In this document: piece after piece, positions 56,137 through 64,000 of the stretch
Layout of the letters: every line of letters starts with the position of its first letter
Numbering within the stretch: position 1 is the first letter of the stretch
Virus record (IMG/VR): IMGVR_UViG_3300017492_000173
Coordinates: 3,925-67,924 of that record
Length of the DNA: 64,000 nucleotides
Reading direction: 5' to 3' (one strand)
Source of the DNA: a virus
Lineage: Duplodnaviria; Caudoviricetes
The notes under the pieces: model-generated
What the model was told of the DNA's origin: nothing
Databases searched by the model: none
Seen by the model: only the letters and a program-made list of their open reading frames with translations
Translations under genes and position numbers: made by a program

Positions 56137-57091
56137 TGATGACAGTCTGCATCTGACGAGTGAGGATATTTCCTGCGACTGACGCTTGCGCTGGTCGGTT
56201 GTTTCTGATTTCGGATATGATGTCATTATATTGGCTGTTGATTTTGGGCAGTGAGAAATTGCTTAATATCCACGACTTGTTGATGCTGCGGATAAACTTG
56301 CCGAAAGCGTCCACAAGGCTGTCGTCATCTGTCGGCAAAGGCACAGGACGGTCTGTGCGCCTGAACTTGATTTTCTGCAATATGGCTTTTGTCGCCACCG
56401 CGTCCTTTGCCGACCAATAGTATGAGTCATCGTAGATTTCCTTGAAGTGGCCCTCGAAAATCGTGCGGCAGCGAGTGACGATATTCGCCTTTTCCTCGCT
56501 TTTCGTCTCTTCGCTTCTCTCGCGCGTACGGATGGAAAGCGTATCAGCTTTGCTGATGCGCACGTCCGTAAGGACGTAACTTTCTTCTTTTATCTTCTTT
56601 TTTCTTTGGTTCTTTCTTTTTTCGTCTTTTTCGTCTTTTGAATTTTCCGAAACTGGGTCATAAGTGGGTCGTGACGCACTCTTTCTATCTGATTTACAGC
56701 CATTTGGCTGGGTCAAAACTGGGTCATTATCTTTCTTCTGGGTCAAAATTGGGTCTGAATTGGGTCTGAAAGCTGTGTAACTGTCGTAATTACAGACAGT
56801 TATCTGGGTCAAATCTGAGTCAGTTTTGAGTCTGATGTAATCTCGCTGTTCCAAATTTTCTATAAAACGCCTTGCTGTATCTCGTGTGGTACGCCACATT
56901 TTTGCAAGCTCACCCCTTGTTGTTATAAGCTCCGCCCTTTTCACTTTATATTTTTTGCCCCTCAATGACATGATGGTGTTGTCTTTGGTTGCCGCATACA
57001 TAACAAGTTGCGACCACCAAAGCAATCTTTGGGGCTTCTCTGTAAACCAAGCATCGTTTACAATTTCGGGAGTTAGGACTATCGGTGACAT
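56093..57091 (-). CDS. Phage replication initiator (lambda O-like, winged HTH)
   Basis: RGELAKMWRTTRDTARRFIENLEQRDYI...ITVCNYDSY, a linker carrying iterons, and a basic tract. Start approximate (MSPIVL; ORF track gives 57274). Confidence 0.7.
   Translation of the reverse strand: MSPIVLTPEIVNDAWFTEKPQRLLWWSQLVMYAATKDNTIMSLRGKKYKVKRAELITTRGELAKMWRTTRDTARRFIENLEQRDYIRLKTDSDLTQITVCNYDSYTAFRPNSDPILTQKKDNDPVLTQPNGCKSDRKSASRPTYDPVSENSKDEKDEKRKNQRKKKIKEESYVLTDVRISKADTLSIRTRERSEETKSEEKANIVTRCRTIFEGHFKEIYDDSYYWSAKDAVATKAILQKIKFRRTDRPVPLPTDDDSLVDAFGKFIRSINKSWILSNFSLPKINSQYNDIISEIRNNRPAQASVAGNILTRQMQTVINDIKKADECYWQNQ
56654..56832. repeat. Iteron array TGRGTC with 11-bp spacing (putative origin)
   Basis: TGGGTC at 56654, 56665, 56709, 56720, 56739, 56750, 56761 and 56805; TGAGTC at 56816 and 56827. 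Adjacent to a pyrimidine/AT-rich tract at 56580-56640. Confidence 0.75.
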
Positions 57092-57537
57092 GAGCGTGAC
57101 AGGTACGTTTGTACCACATATTTGAATTCTTCCAAAGACTTGCATACGACATAGCGGTTTCCGTGTTTCTCTGCGTTGTGCTGCCATGTGCGTTGGTCGG
57201 GCGTTTGATAATTGCCAGGCTTCTTCATCTCCACATAAAGAGCCGCAAACCCTCCGCTTGGAACGCACAGACACAAATCCGCTACTCCACGGACAATGCC
57301 TTCACGCTTGAGACGTGCGCCCATGCCACCGAGCCTTATCCCCTCGTTGGCGATATGGTAAAGCATACCCTCTTGGTAAAGCTGCGGATATTGCATCGCA
57401 AACCATCGTAAGCAATCCTGCTGTATCTGACTTTCGCTCTGACCGTGTTCTTTCACAACCCTTGCAGGGATACTGCTTTTGTCCTTGCCTTGCTTTATGG
57501 CTTCCAATAGCCTTTTGTTGAATGTATCTCTCCCCAT
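57079..57537 (-). CDS. VRR-NUC domain nuclease
   Basis: ESQIQ...YHIANEG...GVADL...YVEMK...QTPDQRTWQ. Confidence 0.85.
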   Translation of the reverse strand: MGRDTFNKRLLEAIKQGKDKSSIPARVVKEHGQSESQIQQDCLRWFAMQYPQLYQEGMLYHIANEGIRLGGMGARLKREGIVRGVADLCLCVPSGGFAALYVEMKKPGNYQTPDQRTWQHNAEKHGNRYVVCKSLEEFKYVVQTYLSRSCHR

Positions 57538-57538
57538 A

Positions 57539-58810
57539 TCAGTAATACACGTTAGTTAAAGGTTTCCATGCGTTATCTACCCAGCCATAGATGATGTACT
57601 CACCTCTCTTAGGTTCATAAAGACGCAGGTTCTCTACCTTGCCGAAACGCTCATAGTTTCCCCCGAGGTCAACGACCCATGCGTCTTTGCCTTTGAATGG
57701 GCGGATACAACGACCGACAATCTGATACCACATCGCCAACGACATCGTAGGACGTGCCATAACAACGGTGTCAAGTTCGGGGTAGTCAAAGCCAGTCGTA
57801 AGTACGCCTACGTTGGTCAAGACCTTTATTCTGCCGCTTTTGAAGTCTTGTATGATACGCTCACGCTCCTTTGGCTTGGTGTTTCCTGTCAACATCTCAC
57901 ACCCCTCTATGCGTTGGCATAACGCTTCGCTCTCAGTAATGAACTGCGTGAACACAAGAATGCCCTTGCGTGGCACTCCGTTCTTCGGATGAAGTAACCT
58001 GTTCACGATGTCTGATAGTCTGTCAGTGAGAGACACACGCTCAAACTCCTTTGACAACGACCTCTCATCGAAGTCTCTGCCAGTTGAATTACGCTTCACC
58101 CGACTCTGGTCTATAATCTGCATCGGGAAATACCTAATCCACGAGAGATAGCCTTGATCCAGTAGCTTGTCTATGCCGATGTCATAGATAACCTTGCTGA
58201 ACATTCTCGGCCTTGTCCTCGTCAGAAACTTCAATATACATTTGTTCACCAGCTCCACGCCTTTCTTTGGTCTGCCATCGTCTTCAAAATACTTTTCCGA
58301 ACTATAAGAGCCGTTGGGCATGAACTTTCCTTCCACCTCAATGCCTTGTGATGTATTAAGGCGATAGGGCGTTGCGGTTAAGCCCAACACCTTTCGAGGA
58401 ACTTTCTCTATGAATGTCTTGTACATACCCTCGGCGGCATTTACTCCGTGACACTCGTCCACAATGACTGCCTTGAAGTTATCGAATAGCTCTATGTGGT
58501 TTATGACGCTGCCTATGGTCGCGAATGTTATCCGGCTCACTTCCTTGCTCTTCAGCGATGCGGAGTATATAGAGCAGTCCTCCACTCCATAGCTTTTCAG
58601 CTTGGCGAAGTTCTGCTCCAATATCTCCTTTGAGGGCTGCAACACAATGACGTTCCCATCAAGCTGTCGGGCGATGTCGGCAATCAGCAACGATTTTCCA
58701 CTTCCTGTTGGCGCTACTATCAAGCCGTTCCATTTGTCTTTCGACAAAAAGAACTGCACCGCCGCATCACTCGCTTCTTGTTGGTATGGTCGTAGTTTGT
58801 AAACAGCCAT
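57539..58810 (-). CDS. SF2 DEAD/DEAH-box helicase
   Basis: LRPYQ, APTGSGKS, IVDECH, LTATP, VLTTGFDYP and YQIVGRCIR motifs. Confidence 0.92.
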   Translation of the reverse strand: MAVYKLRPYQQEASDAAVQFFLSKDKWNGLIVAPTGSGKSLLIADIARQLDGNVIVLQPSKEILEQNFAKLKSYGVEDCSIYSASLKSKEVSRITFATIGSVINHIELFDNFKAVIVDECHGVNAAEGMYKTFIEKVPRKVLGLTATPYRLNTSQGIEVEGKFMPNGSYSSEKYFEDDGRPKKGVELVNKCILKFLTRTRPRMFSKVIYDIGIDKLLDQGYLSWIRYFPMQIIDQSRVKRNSTGRDFDERSLSKEFERVSLTDRLSDIVNRLLHPKNGVPRKGILVFTQFITESEALCQRIEGCEMLTGNTKPKERERIIQDFKSGRIKVLTNVGVLTTGFDYPELDTVVMARPTMSLAMWYQIVGRCIRPFKGKDAWVVDLGGNYERFGKVENLRLYEPKRGEYIIYGWVDNAWKPLTNVYY

Positions 58811-58814
58811 AATA

Positions 58815-59396
58815 CTACTCTGTCTTATGCTCTCCTATCTTGTCTATGACCGTCTCGTTGAATATCTCACCTTGTTCGTTGGTTGTGGAGATAGTCACTT
58901 TCTGACCTTTGGGAATGCTATCAACAAAGTTCTTGACCGCTTTTTTGAGCGCATCATGTTCAAAGACATCTATAATCTGCGTCTCTTCTACTTTCTTGAT
59001 TTCATAGTCAATCATGGTGCTGCCCATGACTTCATCAAGATTGTGTTTCGCTTTTTCAAGGCTCGACGCCTGCACCAAGTGGATAACTGTGCTACGTTTC
59101 TCTTTCTGTGTGGTCTCATTAATGGTGATGTACGACAGCTTGCACACATACCATTTGTCTGCGTCAGCGTTGACATCATCGAAGAATATCTCGCCATACT
59201 TGGCTTTCTTGATGTCGGTTATCTCGAACCCTCCGCTGATGTACTGCGACATCGCTTCCATGATGTTAGCTTCCGCTTCACTCCAGCTTAATGCGTCCAC
59301 CACATACGGTTCTGTTACTTTCTTTACGAGACCATCTTCCATGGTTTTCTCGTAGCGCACTTTGGTTTCAAACCAAATACTTGTCTTACTTCTCAT
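58815..59396 (-). CDS. DUF4494-like Bacteroidales phage protein
   Basis: WFETKVRYEKTMEDG...VVDALSWSEAE...IKKVEETQIIDVF. Confidence 0.7.
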   Translation of the reverse strand: MRSKTSIWFETKVRYEKTMEDGLVKKVTEPYVVDALSWSEAEANIMEAMSQYISGGFEITDIKKAKYGEIFFDDVNADADKWYVCKLSYITINETTQKEKRSTVIHLVQASSLEKAKHNLDEVMGSTMIDYEIKKVEETQIIDVFEHDALKKAVKNFVDSIPKGQKVTISTTNEQGEIFNETVIDKIGEHKTE

Positions 59397-59419
59397 AAAT
59401 TTTATTTTTTTGAATTGTG

Positions 59420-59815
59420 TTACTTAAAAATGAACTCTCCGACAAAGGCATTGTAAGTGTCTATGTCATCGGGAGAGGGCAGGGTCATGCCCCATTCCGT
59501 CTGGGTGTCAGCCTGTATTTGGTTCATGAAATGCGACATGGCATCCCTGCTTAATCCGCTCGTCCCCTTTTTGCCGGGAGGCAGGAACTTTGCCACATAA
59601 TAGTCGTGCCACACCTTTCGCGGCGTTCCCGACCAATACTCCAGTTGGGCCATCCACATCCAGAAGAGCTTGTTCTGCGAGACGGAGCGGACGTATCCAC
59701 GTCTCTCTATGTAGATGTTGTAGTTCCCCTCTGGAAGGGACTCCACGGCATCAACAAGAGACTCGCTTAGCCGTGTGCCCCTTGCCGACTTGTCTAACTT
59801 GATGACGACACCCAT
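59420..59815 (-). CDS. NinB/YbcN-like recombination protein
   Basis: RSVSQNKLFWMWM...MSHFMNQIQA...GMTLP. Confidence 0.65.
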   Translation of the reverse strand: MGVVIKLDKSARGTRLSESLVDAVESLPEGNYNIYIERRGYVRSVSQNKLFWMWMAQLEYWSGTPRKVWHDYYVAKFLPPGKKGTSGLSRDAMSHFMNQIQADTQTEWGMTLPSPDDIDTYNAFVGEFIFK

Positions 59816-59818
59816 GTC

Positions 59819-60241
59819 TTAGAACGGCAGATCGTCATCCGTCTGCGCCTCCATAACCGGAGCCTGTATAGTGGATGCCTGGTTCGTGCTCGGTATCTCC
59901 ATGGCCTTGAAATTCCCGAGATAAACCTTGTTCCTCTCGTCAAGTTCCTGCTGGGTGTGCTTGTTTATCCATTCCTTTGATGTCGAGAGTTTAGCGTGGT
60001 GCGAGTTGCCGTGCTGGTCTGTCTCACGCTTCTCGTAAACCTCAACGCCCAAGGCATAGAGCTTGCTCGTGTACGCCACCCCTTCCTGTGTGGTGCGTTC
60101 CTCCACCTTGATATATATGTCATTGTCCTCAATGGGGATAACTATACATTTTTTCGTGGAGCCTTGCCCTTTCACGTTCATTATGCCCACATTCTTCAAC
60201 CTCGCAAGGTTGATGGAGCCAACCAATTTGCTGTTTGCCAT
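59819..60241 (-). CDS. SSB-like protein
   Basis: Beta-rich N-terminus, acidic DDDLPF tail, position in the recombination cluster. Confidence 0.55.
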   Translation of the reverse strand: MANSKLVGSINLARLKNVGIMNVKGQGSTKKCIVIPIEDNDIYIKVEERTTQEGVAYTSKLYALGVEVYEKRETDQHGNSHHAKLSTSKEWINKHTQQELDERNKVYLGNFKAMEIPSTNQASTIQAPVMEAQTDDDLPF

Positions 60242-60245
60242 AATC

Positions 60246-61050
60246 TTATCCTTTGTTATTGAATATCTTTTTGTCTGTGATGAGGCTGCGGTTCGTGTTG
60301 ATGAAGCGGATGAACGACTCGCACATCTCACGGAGCTTGGGCACATCCCTCTCCTCTTTAAACACATACAGCTCCGTGAATGTCTCACGGAAATTAGTGA
60401 CATTGTACTCGAAAGTGCTTACTTCGATACCACCCTGCCTTAGTGTGTAAGGATAGACAATATGCTGCCAATGATTTTTGAAGGAGCCAGCCGAATACGA
60501 CTTGCAGGTCTTCAAGTCGTGGACGCTGAACGGCATGAGATAGTCGATATATCCGTATAGGTCAACGTTACCATAGCAAGTCTCTATCATTCCTTTCGTG
60601 AAGAACTGCGGCATCGCTCCTTGGTAGTAGTTGCCGAACTCCATTGCGACACCAAGAGGAAATGTCCTCGGGTTCACAAGCACTTCATGCCTGTCGCCGT
60701 TCTCATCCACAACGACACTCCGCTCCGCAATCGTTATCTGCTTCCTTTCCTCATCAGTGTTGAGGACAAACCTGTCGCTTTCCGTGTTGCCTTGCACCAG
60801 CATATCGACAATGTTGTTGAACGCCGTGCCTTTCTCAACCGCCTCGTTGGTGAACGGAACACGGTTTATCTTGTTGATGAGTTCAACAAATTGTTTGTCC
60901 TCCCACTCGTCAGCCGAGAACTTCGGGTCTTCGGAGTGTCCGAAATATTTCTCCCAAAGCTCATCGGTGTCGAGGTAGTTTTGGAAAGCGTCAAGGAGTG
61001 TCGCATAGAATGCGTAATCACTTCCCCTCTGCTGCAGCAGCTTTCTCATA
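60246..61050 (-). CDS. PD-(D/E)XK exonuclease-like protein
   Basis: KGTAFN...LYGYIDYL...HDLKT...WQH..Y. Start approximate. Confidence 0.7.
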
Positions 61051-61977
61051 GCATTTTTTCTCTCTGTTAAATACCAAGCCAAGGTCTGCACAGCGTTTAA
61101 TGAACTTTGTCCTTGCAACGGCAAGGGAGTTGCCTATGTGCTCGTACCCTGTCTTTACGTTCTGTATATAATTGTTGGCTTCGTCAACATCGGCTATGAT
61201 GGCGATGTCGTTTTCGATGTCCTCCATGAGCTTCTTGTAGGCTTCTCCCTCCGCTGAACGCTCAATCAGTCTGTTGCGGTATGCCTTGAACACCTTTTCT
61301 TCCAAGAAGTTGTTCTCGCCAACGATGTTGCCCTTCTCGTCTTTCAGTGACGGTATATCCATCACGGCAGGCATATTGCAAGTGTTCTTCCCTTCTGACT
61401 CCGATGTTGGGTCAAACATGATAGTACGCTTGCGACCGTCTGCAACGAGGTAACCAATGAGGTCAAGCTCGGTTGCAAGACTGTCGTAGTTAGAGCCGCC
61501 GAACAACGGAACGTAACGAGTAAGCTCACCTTGTTTGTCTGTCTGACGGTGTGCCACAAAGACAACGTTTTTCTTCTTGCTGTCGATGAGCTTCATAAGG
61601 GATGTGAACTCTCGCTTGCGCTGACCGTAGCCCTCCAATGTTAGAGAGCCGTTTCGTTTCGCCATCTTTGGATTGAGTCGGATGATGTATTCTCCCATTG
61701 CATCCAACATCTTGCCGCCCGTGTCAATGATGAGGGTCTCGTATGGGGACAAATCCTCTTCGTTGAGGAGCGACAAAATATCCTCGTACTTCTCTACTTG
61801 CACGGTGTCTTTGATGAAATCATAGTCAACTCGGTTGACACCTCCATCGAAGTCCACCAACAATGGCTTCGGTGCACTAAGAGCCAGCGTGGATTTTCCC
61901 ATTCCACTTTGGCCGTAGATGAGCATCTTGATTCGGACATTAACGTCCAACTCGTTTCTCTTCTTAATTAGTACCAT
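61018..61977 (-). CDS. AAA ATPase, Sak4-like single-strand annealing protein
   Basis: IYGQSGMGKSTLALSAPKPLLVDFDGG, LIIDT, VFVAH. Confidence 0.8.
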   Translation of the reverse strand: MVLIKKRNELDVNVRIKMLIYGQSGMGKSTLALSAPKPLLVDFDGGVNRVDYDFIKDTVQVEKYEDILSLLNEEDLSPYETLIIDTGGKMLDAMGEYIIRLNPKMAKRNGSLTLEGYGQRKREFTSLMKLIDSKKKNVVFVAHRQTDKQGELTRYVPLFGGSNYDSLATELDLIGYLVADGRKRTIMFDPTSESEGKNTCNMPAVMDIPSLKDEKGNIVGENNFLEEKVFKAYRNRLIERSAEGEAYKKLMEDIENDIAIIADVDEANNYIQNVKTGYEHIGNSLAVARTKFIKRCADLGLVFNREKKCYEKAAAAEGK

Positions 61978-62126
61978 AATTTAAATTTTTGAATGTTTGT
62001 ATTTTTGCTTATTTTGCACAGGAACTTTGATAATCCATTTCGTTACTCCCTGGATGTGCCTTGTTTCACTGCTTCGGCTCTGAATTTTTCGCCATTCGCT
62101 ACTCCAAAGACCTCTCAAATCGGGAT

Positions 62127-62381
62127 TTACGATAATTTAACTCTCGCCACTGGAAGCGGTTTGATGTTGTTCAGAATGTCGTCTGCCGCAAACTGCCATT
62201 TCGTATTGGCAGCCCCAAAGGGTTTCTCGTAACGGACTTTCTCTTCGAGCATCAGCCTTTCGAGCCGTTTCCTGCCGCCGACAAGACGGACAGCCACAGA
62301 CCACGAGAACGTCATGCCCCGTGTCCGCTCCAAGACGGACTCGAACTTCTGAGCCATTATCTCCGTGCTAAGCCCGCTCAT
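62127..62381 (-). CDS. Small DNA-binding hypothetical protein
   Basis: 84 aa, SVAVRLVGGRKRLERL. Confidence 0.55.
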   Translation of the reverse strand: MSGLSTEIMAQKFESVLERTRGMTFSWSVAVRLVGGRKRLERLMLEEKVRYEKPFGAANTKWQFAADDILNNIKPLPVARVKLS

Positions 62382-62721
62382 TCCTTATATCCCTTTCTCT
62401 GCACTCTATCCTTACCTGCCGGCTTCTCTCATAGTTGCATTGGCGTTCCATGGAGAGGAACACGCAGAACAATCCAAGAAGCAACGCCGCCAAGCCTCTG
62501 CGCCGCAGCTCTTTCGGATTCCACTCCTTGCCGACAAACAAAGAGACCATATACAAGACAAGCTCATGGGTCGTGGCTATCGACAGCTTTCTGTAGATGT
62601 GCTTCTTGTGCGTCCTGACAGTCCATATCGGCTTGCCAAGAGCGGAAGAAATCTCCTTGTCGGTCAGTCCGTGGCAGTATTGCTCCGCCACCGCCAGCTC
62701 GGTCTCGCTCAATGATGCCAT
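62368..62721 (-). CDS. LuxR-type HTH protein
   Basis: LSETELAVAEQYCHGLTDKEISSALGKPIWTVRTHKKHIYRKL. Confidence 0.8.
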   Translation of the reverse strand: MASLSETELAVAEQYCHGLTDKEISSALGKPIWTVRTHKKHIYRKLSIATTHELVLYMVSLFVGKEWNPKELRRRGLAALLLGLFCVFLSMERQCNYERSRQVRIECRERDIRNERA

Positions 62722-62722
62722 G

Positions 62723-62926
62723 TCAACTTATGCGCGTTACGACCAACTCGAAGCTGCTGCGTCTCTCTTTCACGGCGCAGTTCCATCTCTCACGGATAAG
62801 GTCTCTTCGCAGACGGCTGATGACAGACATCACCGAGCTTCTCTGCTCCATCGGGAAGACCACTGTGCCTCCGACCCTAAGGTTGCGGAGTTCGCCAGAT
62901 ATTGGCTTTTTGGCAATTTCTTTCAT
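62723..62926 (-). CDS. Small Cro-position protein
   Basis: 67 aa, first gene of the leftward lytic transcript. Confidence 0.55.
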   Translation of the reverse strand: MKEIAKKPISGELRNLRVGGTVVFPMEQRSSVMSVISRLRRDLIRERWNCAVKERRSSFELVVTRIS

Positions 62927-63030
62927 ATTTCCTCCAATTTTTAATTTTGTTATTTAATGACACCTAACGCAAATGCTGCCATTTGTTGTTTTTAGGTATA
63001 TTTCTTATTTGCACAGGAACGGCAATTTTC

Positions 63031-63070
63031 TTAACTTTGTCGTTGTTATTATTATTTTCAAGTGCAAAGA
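63031..63070. promoter_or_regulatory. Opposed promoters of the immunity region
   Basis: Plus-strand TAACTTTG at ~63031 and minus-strand TATCTTTG at ~63064. Confidence 0.5.
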
Positions 63071-63168
63071 TACGGAATAATTATCATTCACGCAAATTTT
63101 TCAATATCTTTTTCACAAGAAAATCATCATAACTCCCAAATACGGTGGGTAAACCGTATAGATGAAGA

Positions 63169-63681
63169 ATGTTATTCACATTATTATATATGAAAGAAAG
63201 CGAGTACGCAGAGAACAACGTGGATGCAAAAGTCATAATAGCCACTGTCCTCAAGACATTGAAACTGGGAAACACTGATTTCGCCGCCGCCACAGGCATA
63301 GCTTACCAGCGAATTTACGACTTGGTGCGTGGCCGCACCAAGAAGTTCAACCCTGGCGTGGTCAACCAGATCATCGCCGCTTTTCCCCAAATCCGCAAGG
63401 AATACCTTTACACCGGCGAAGGTCCGGTGTTGCAGACCGACATTCCTGTCTCGCCAGCAAACCAGCTTCCATCCGACCCTTCAGCGCTTCTCGCCAAGGT
63501 GCTTGAAATGCAGACCGAGCTTCTTGCGAGAATGGAACGGCTCACGGAGCGTGAGGCCGAACTGCACAGGCGTGAGATAGAACTTATGCGCAAGGAAACG
63601 GAAATAAACGTGCGCATGAAGATGCTCTCCGGTAATCATACGGATAAACACGCATTGATTAACAGATGTGGCAATGAGTGA
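63169..63681 (+). CDS. CI-like HTH repressor (putative)
   Basis: FAAATGIAYQRIYDLVRGRTKKF...IIAAFPQIRKEYLYTGEG HTH plus a coiled coil; divergent from the lytic genes. Confidence 0.7.
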   Translation: MLFTLLYMKESEYAENNVDAKVIIATVLKTLKLGNTDFAAATGIAYQRIYDLVRGRTKKFNPGVVNQIIAAFPQIRKEYLYTGEGPVLQTDIPVSPANQLPSDPSALLAKVLEMQTELLARMERLTEREAELHRREIELMRKETEINVRMKMLSGNHTDKHALINRCGNE

Positions 63682-64000
63682 ACTTGTGCGTAGGTGCTGC
63701 GATGACTGGTCGGCGGATAAAAACCATTGCAGACTATCTTCGTCCGTAAAAGGATGGGGATGCCGTTTGCTTGTGTGCCTGCCTGACAATATGCCGAGAA
63801 CCGACAGGGACAAGGCCAGACTGTTCCACAAAGTGTACACTTACGCCGAGAAAGTCGGTGTGCTTGAATGTCCTCACTATCGGGAAAGTGTCATTGACAA
63901 TGTGCTTGACGCACCCAAAGGACTCCGAGAAATGGTGCATTTGAGCATCCTTACACGAGCCGATTTATTGTCGGAGAAAAACCAAGAAATCCGTAAATGA
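63668..64000 (+). CDS. Hypothetical protein
   Basis: 110 aa coupled to the repressor gene. Confidence 0.5.
   Translation: MAMSELVRRCCDDWSADKNHCRLSSSVKGWGCRLLVCLPDNMPRTDRDKARLFHKVYTYAEKVGVLECPHYRESVIDNVLDAPKGLREMVHLSILTRADLLSEKNQEIRK

Noticed and set aside
60246-61050. Cas4 or CRISPR-related nuclease
   Set aside because: It sits with a Sak4-like ATPase, SSB and NinB-like gene, so a recombination exonuclease is the simpler reading; no Fe-S cysteine cluster seen.
1-64000. Integrase, att sites, tRNA genes, IS elements, stop-codon reassignment
   Set aside because: None recognised. Genes translate intact with the standard code, and both element boundaries appear to lie outside the window.

Overview
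The window is about 64 kb of a large temperate tailed phage or prophage of a Bacteroidales host. The host call is inferred from many TAnnTTTG -7 promoter boxes, absent Shine-Dalgarno sites and Bacteroidales-type gene families. Most genes are on the minus strand. From right to left the layout is: immunity switch (~63 kb); recombination and replication (Sak4-like ATPase, exonuclease, SSB, SF2 helicase, VRR-NUC, initiator with internal iterons); a PRTRC ubiquitin-like cassette; a CmoA-like carboxy-SAM synthase near three ParB-like genes, one fused to a non-canonical methyltransferase; terS-SNF2-terL; an M15 peptidase and a tail module with a TP901-type tape measure; a plus-strand cargo block (Fic with the catalytic His changed to Arg, IrrE/ImmA + DUF4411, three envelope proteins); an early anti-restriction cassette array (DUF4942 MTase, MutS-I, ArdC); a ~4 kb compositionally extreme junction; and finally portal/minor head divergent from scaffold, capsid, neck, tail tube and a second, different tape measure that runs off the left edge. 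Three signals stand out. (1) In a 1.7 kb segment (10332-12033) the dinucleotide CT occurs only once on the + strand although AG is common, across genes on both strands. (2) A candidate packaging-linked carboxy-SAM DNA modification system. (3) Two distinct tape-measure/tail modules that apparently share one head and one terminase. No integrase, att site, tRNA, CRISPR array or reverse transcriptase was recognised. All family calls are from motif recognition by eye, not database searches. Some starts were moved from the ORF track to the more plausible ATG.
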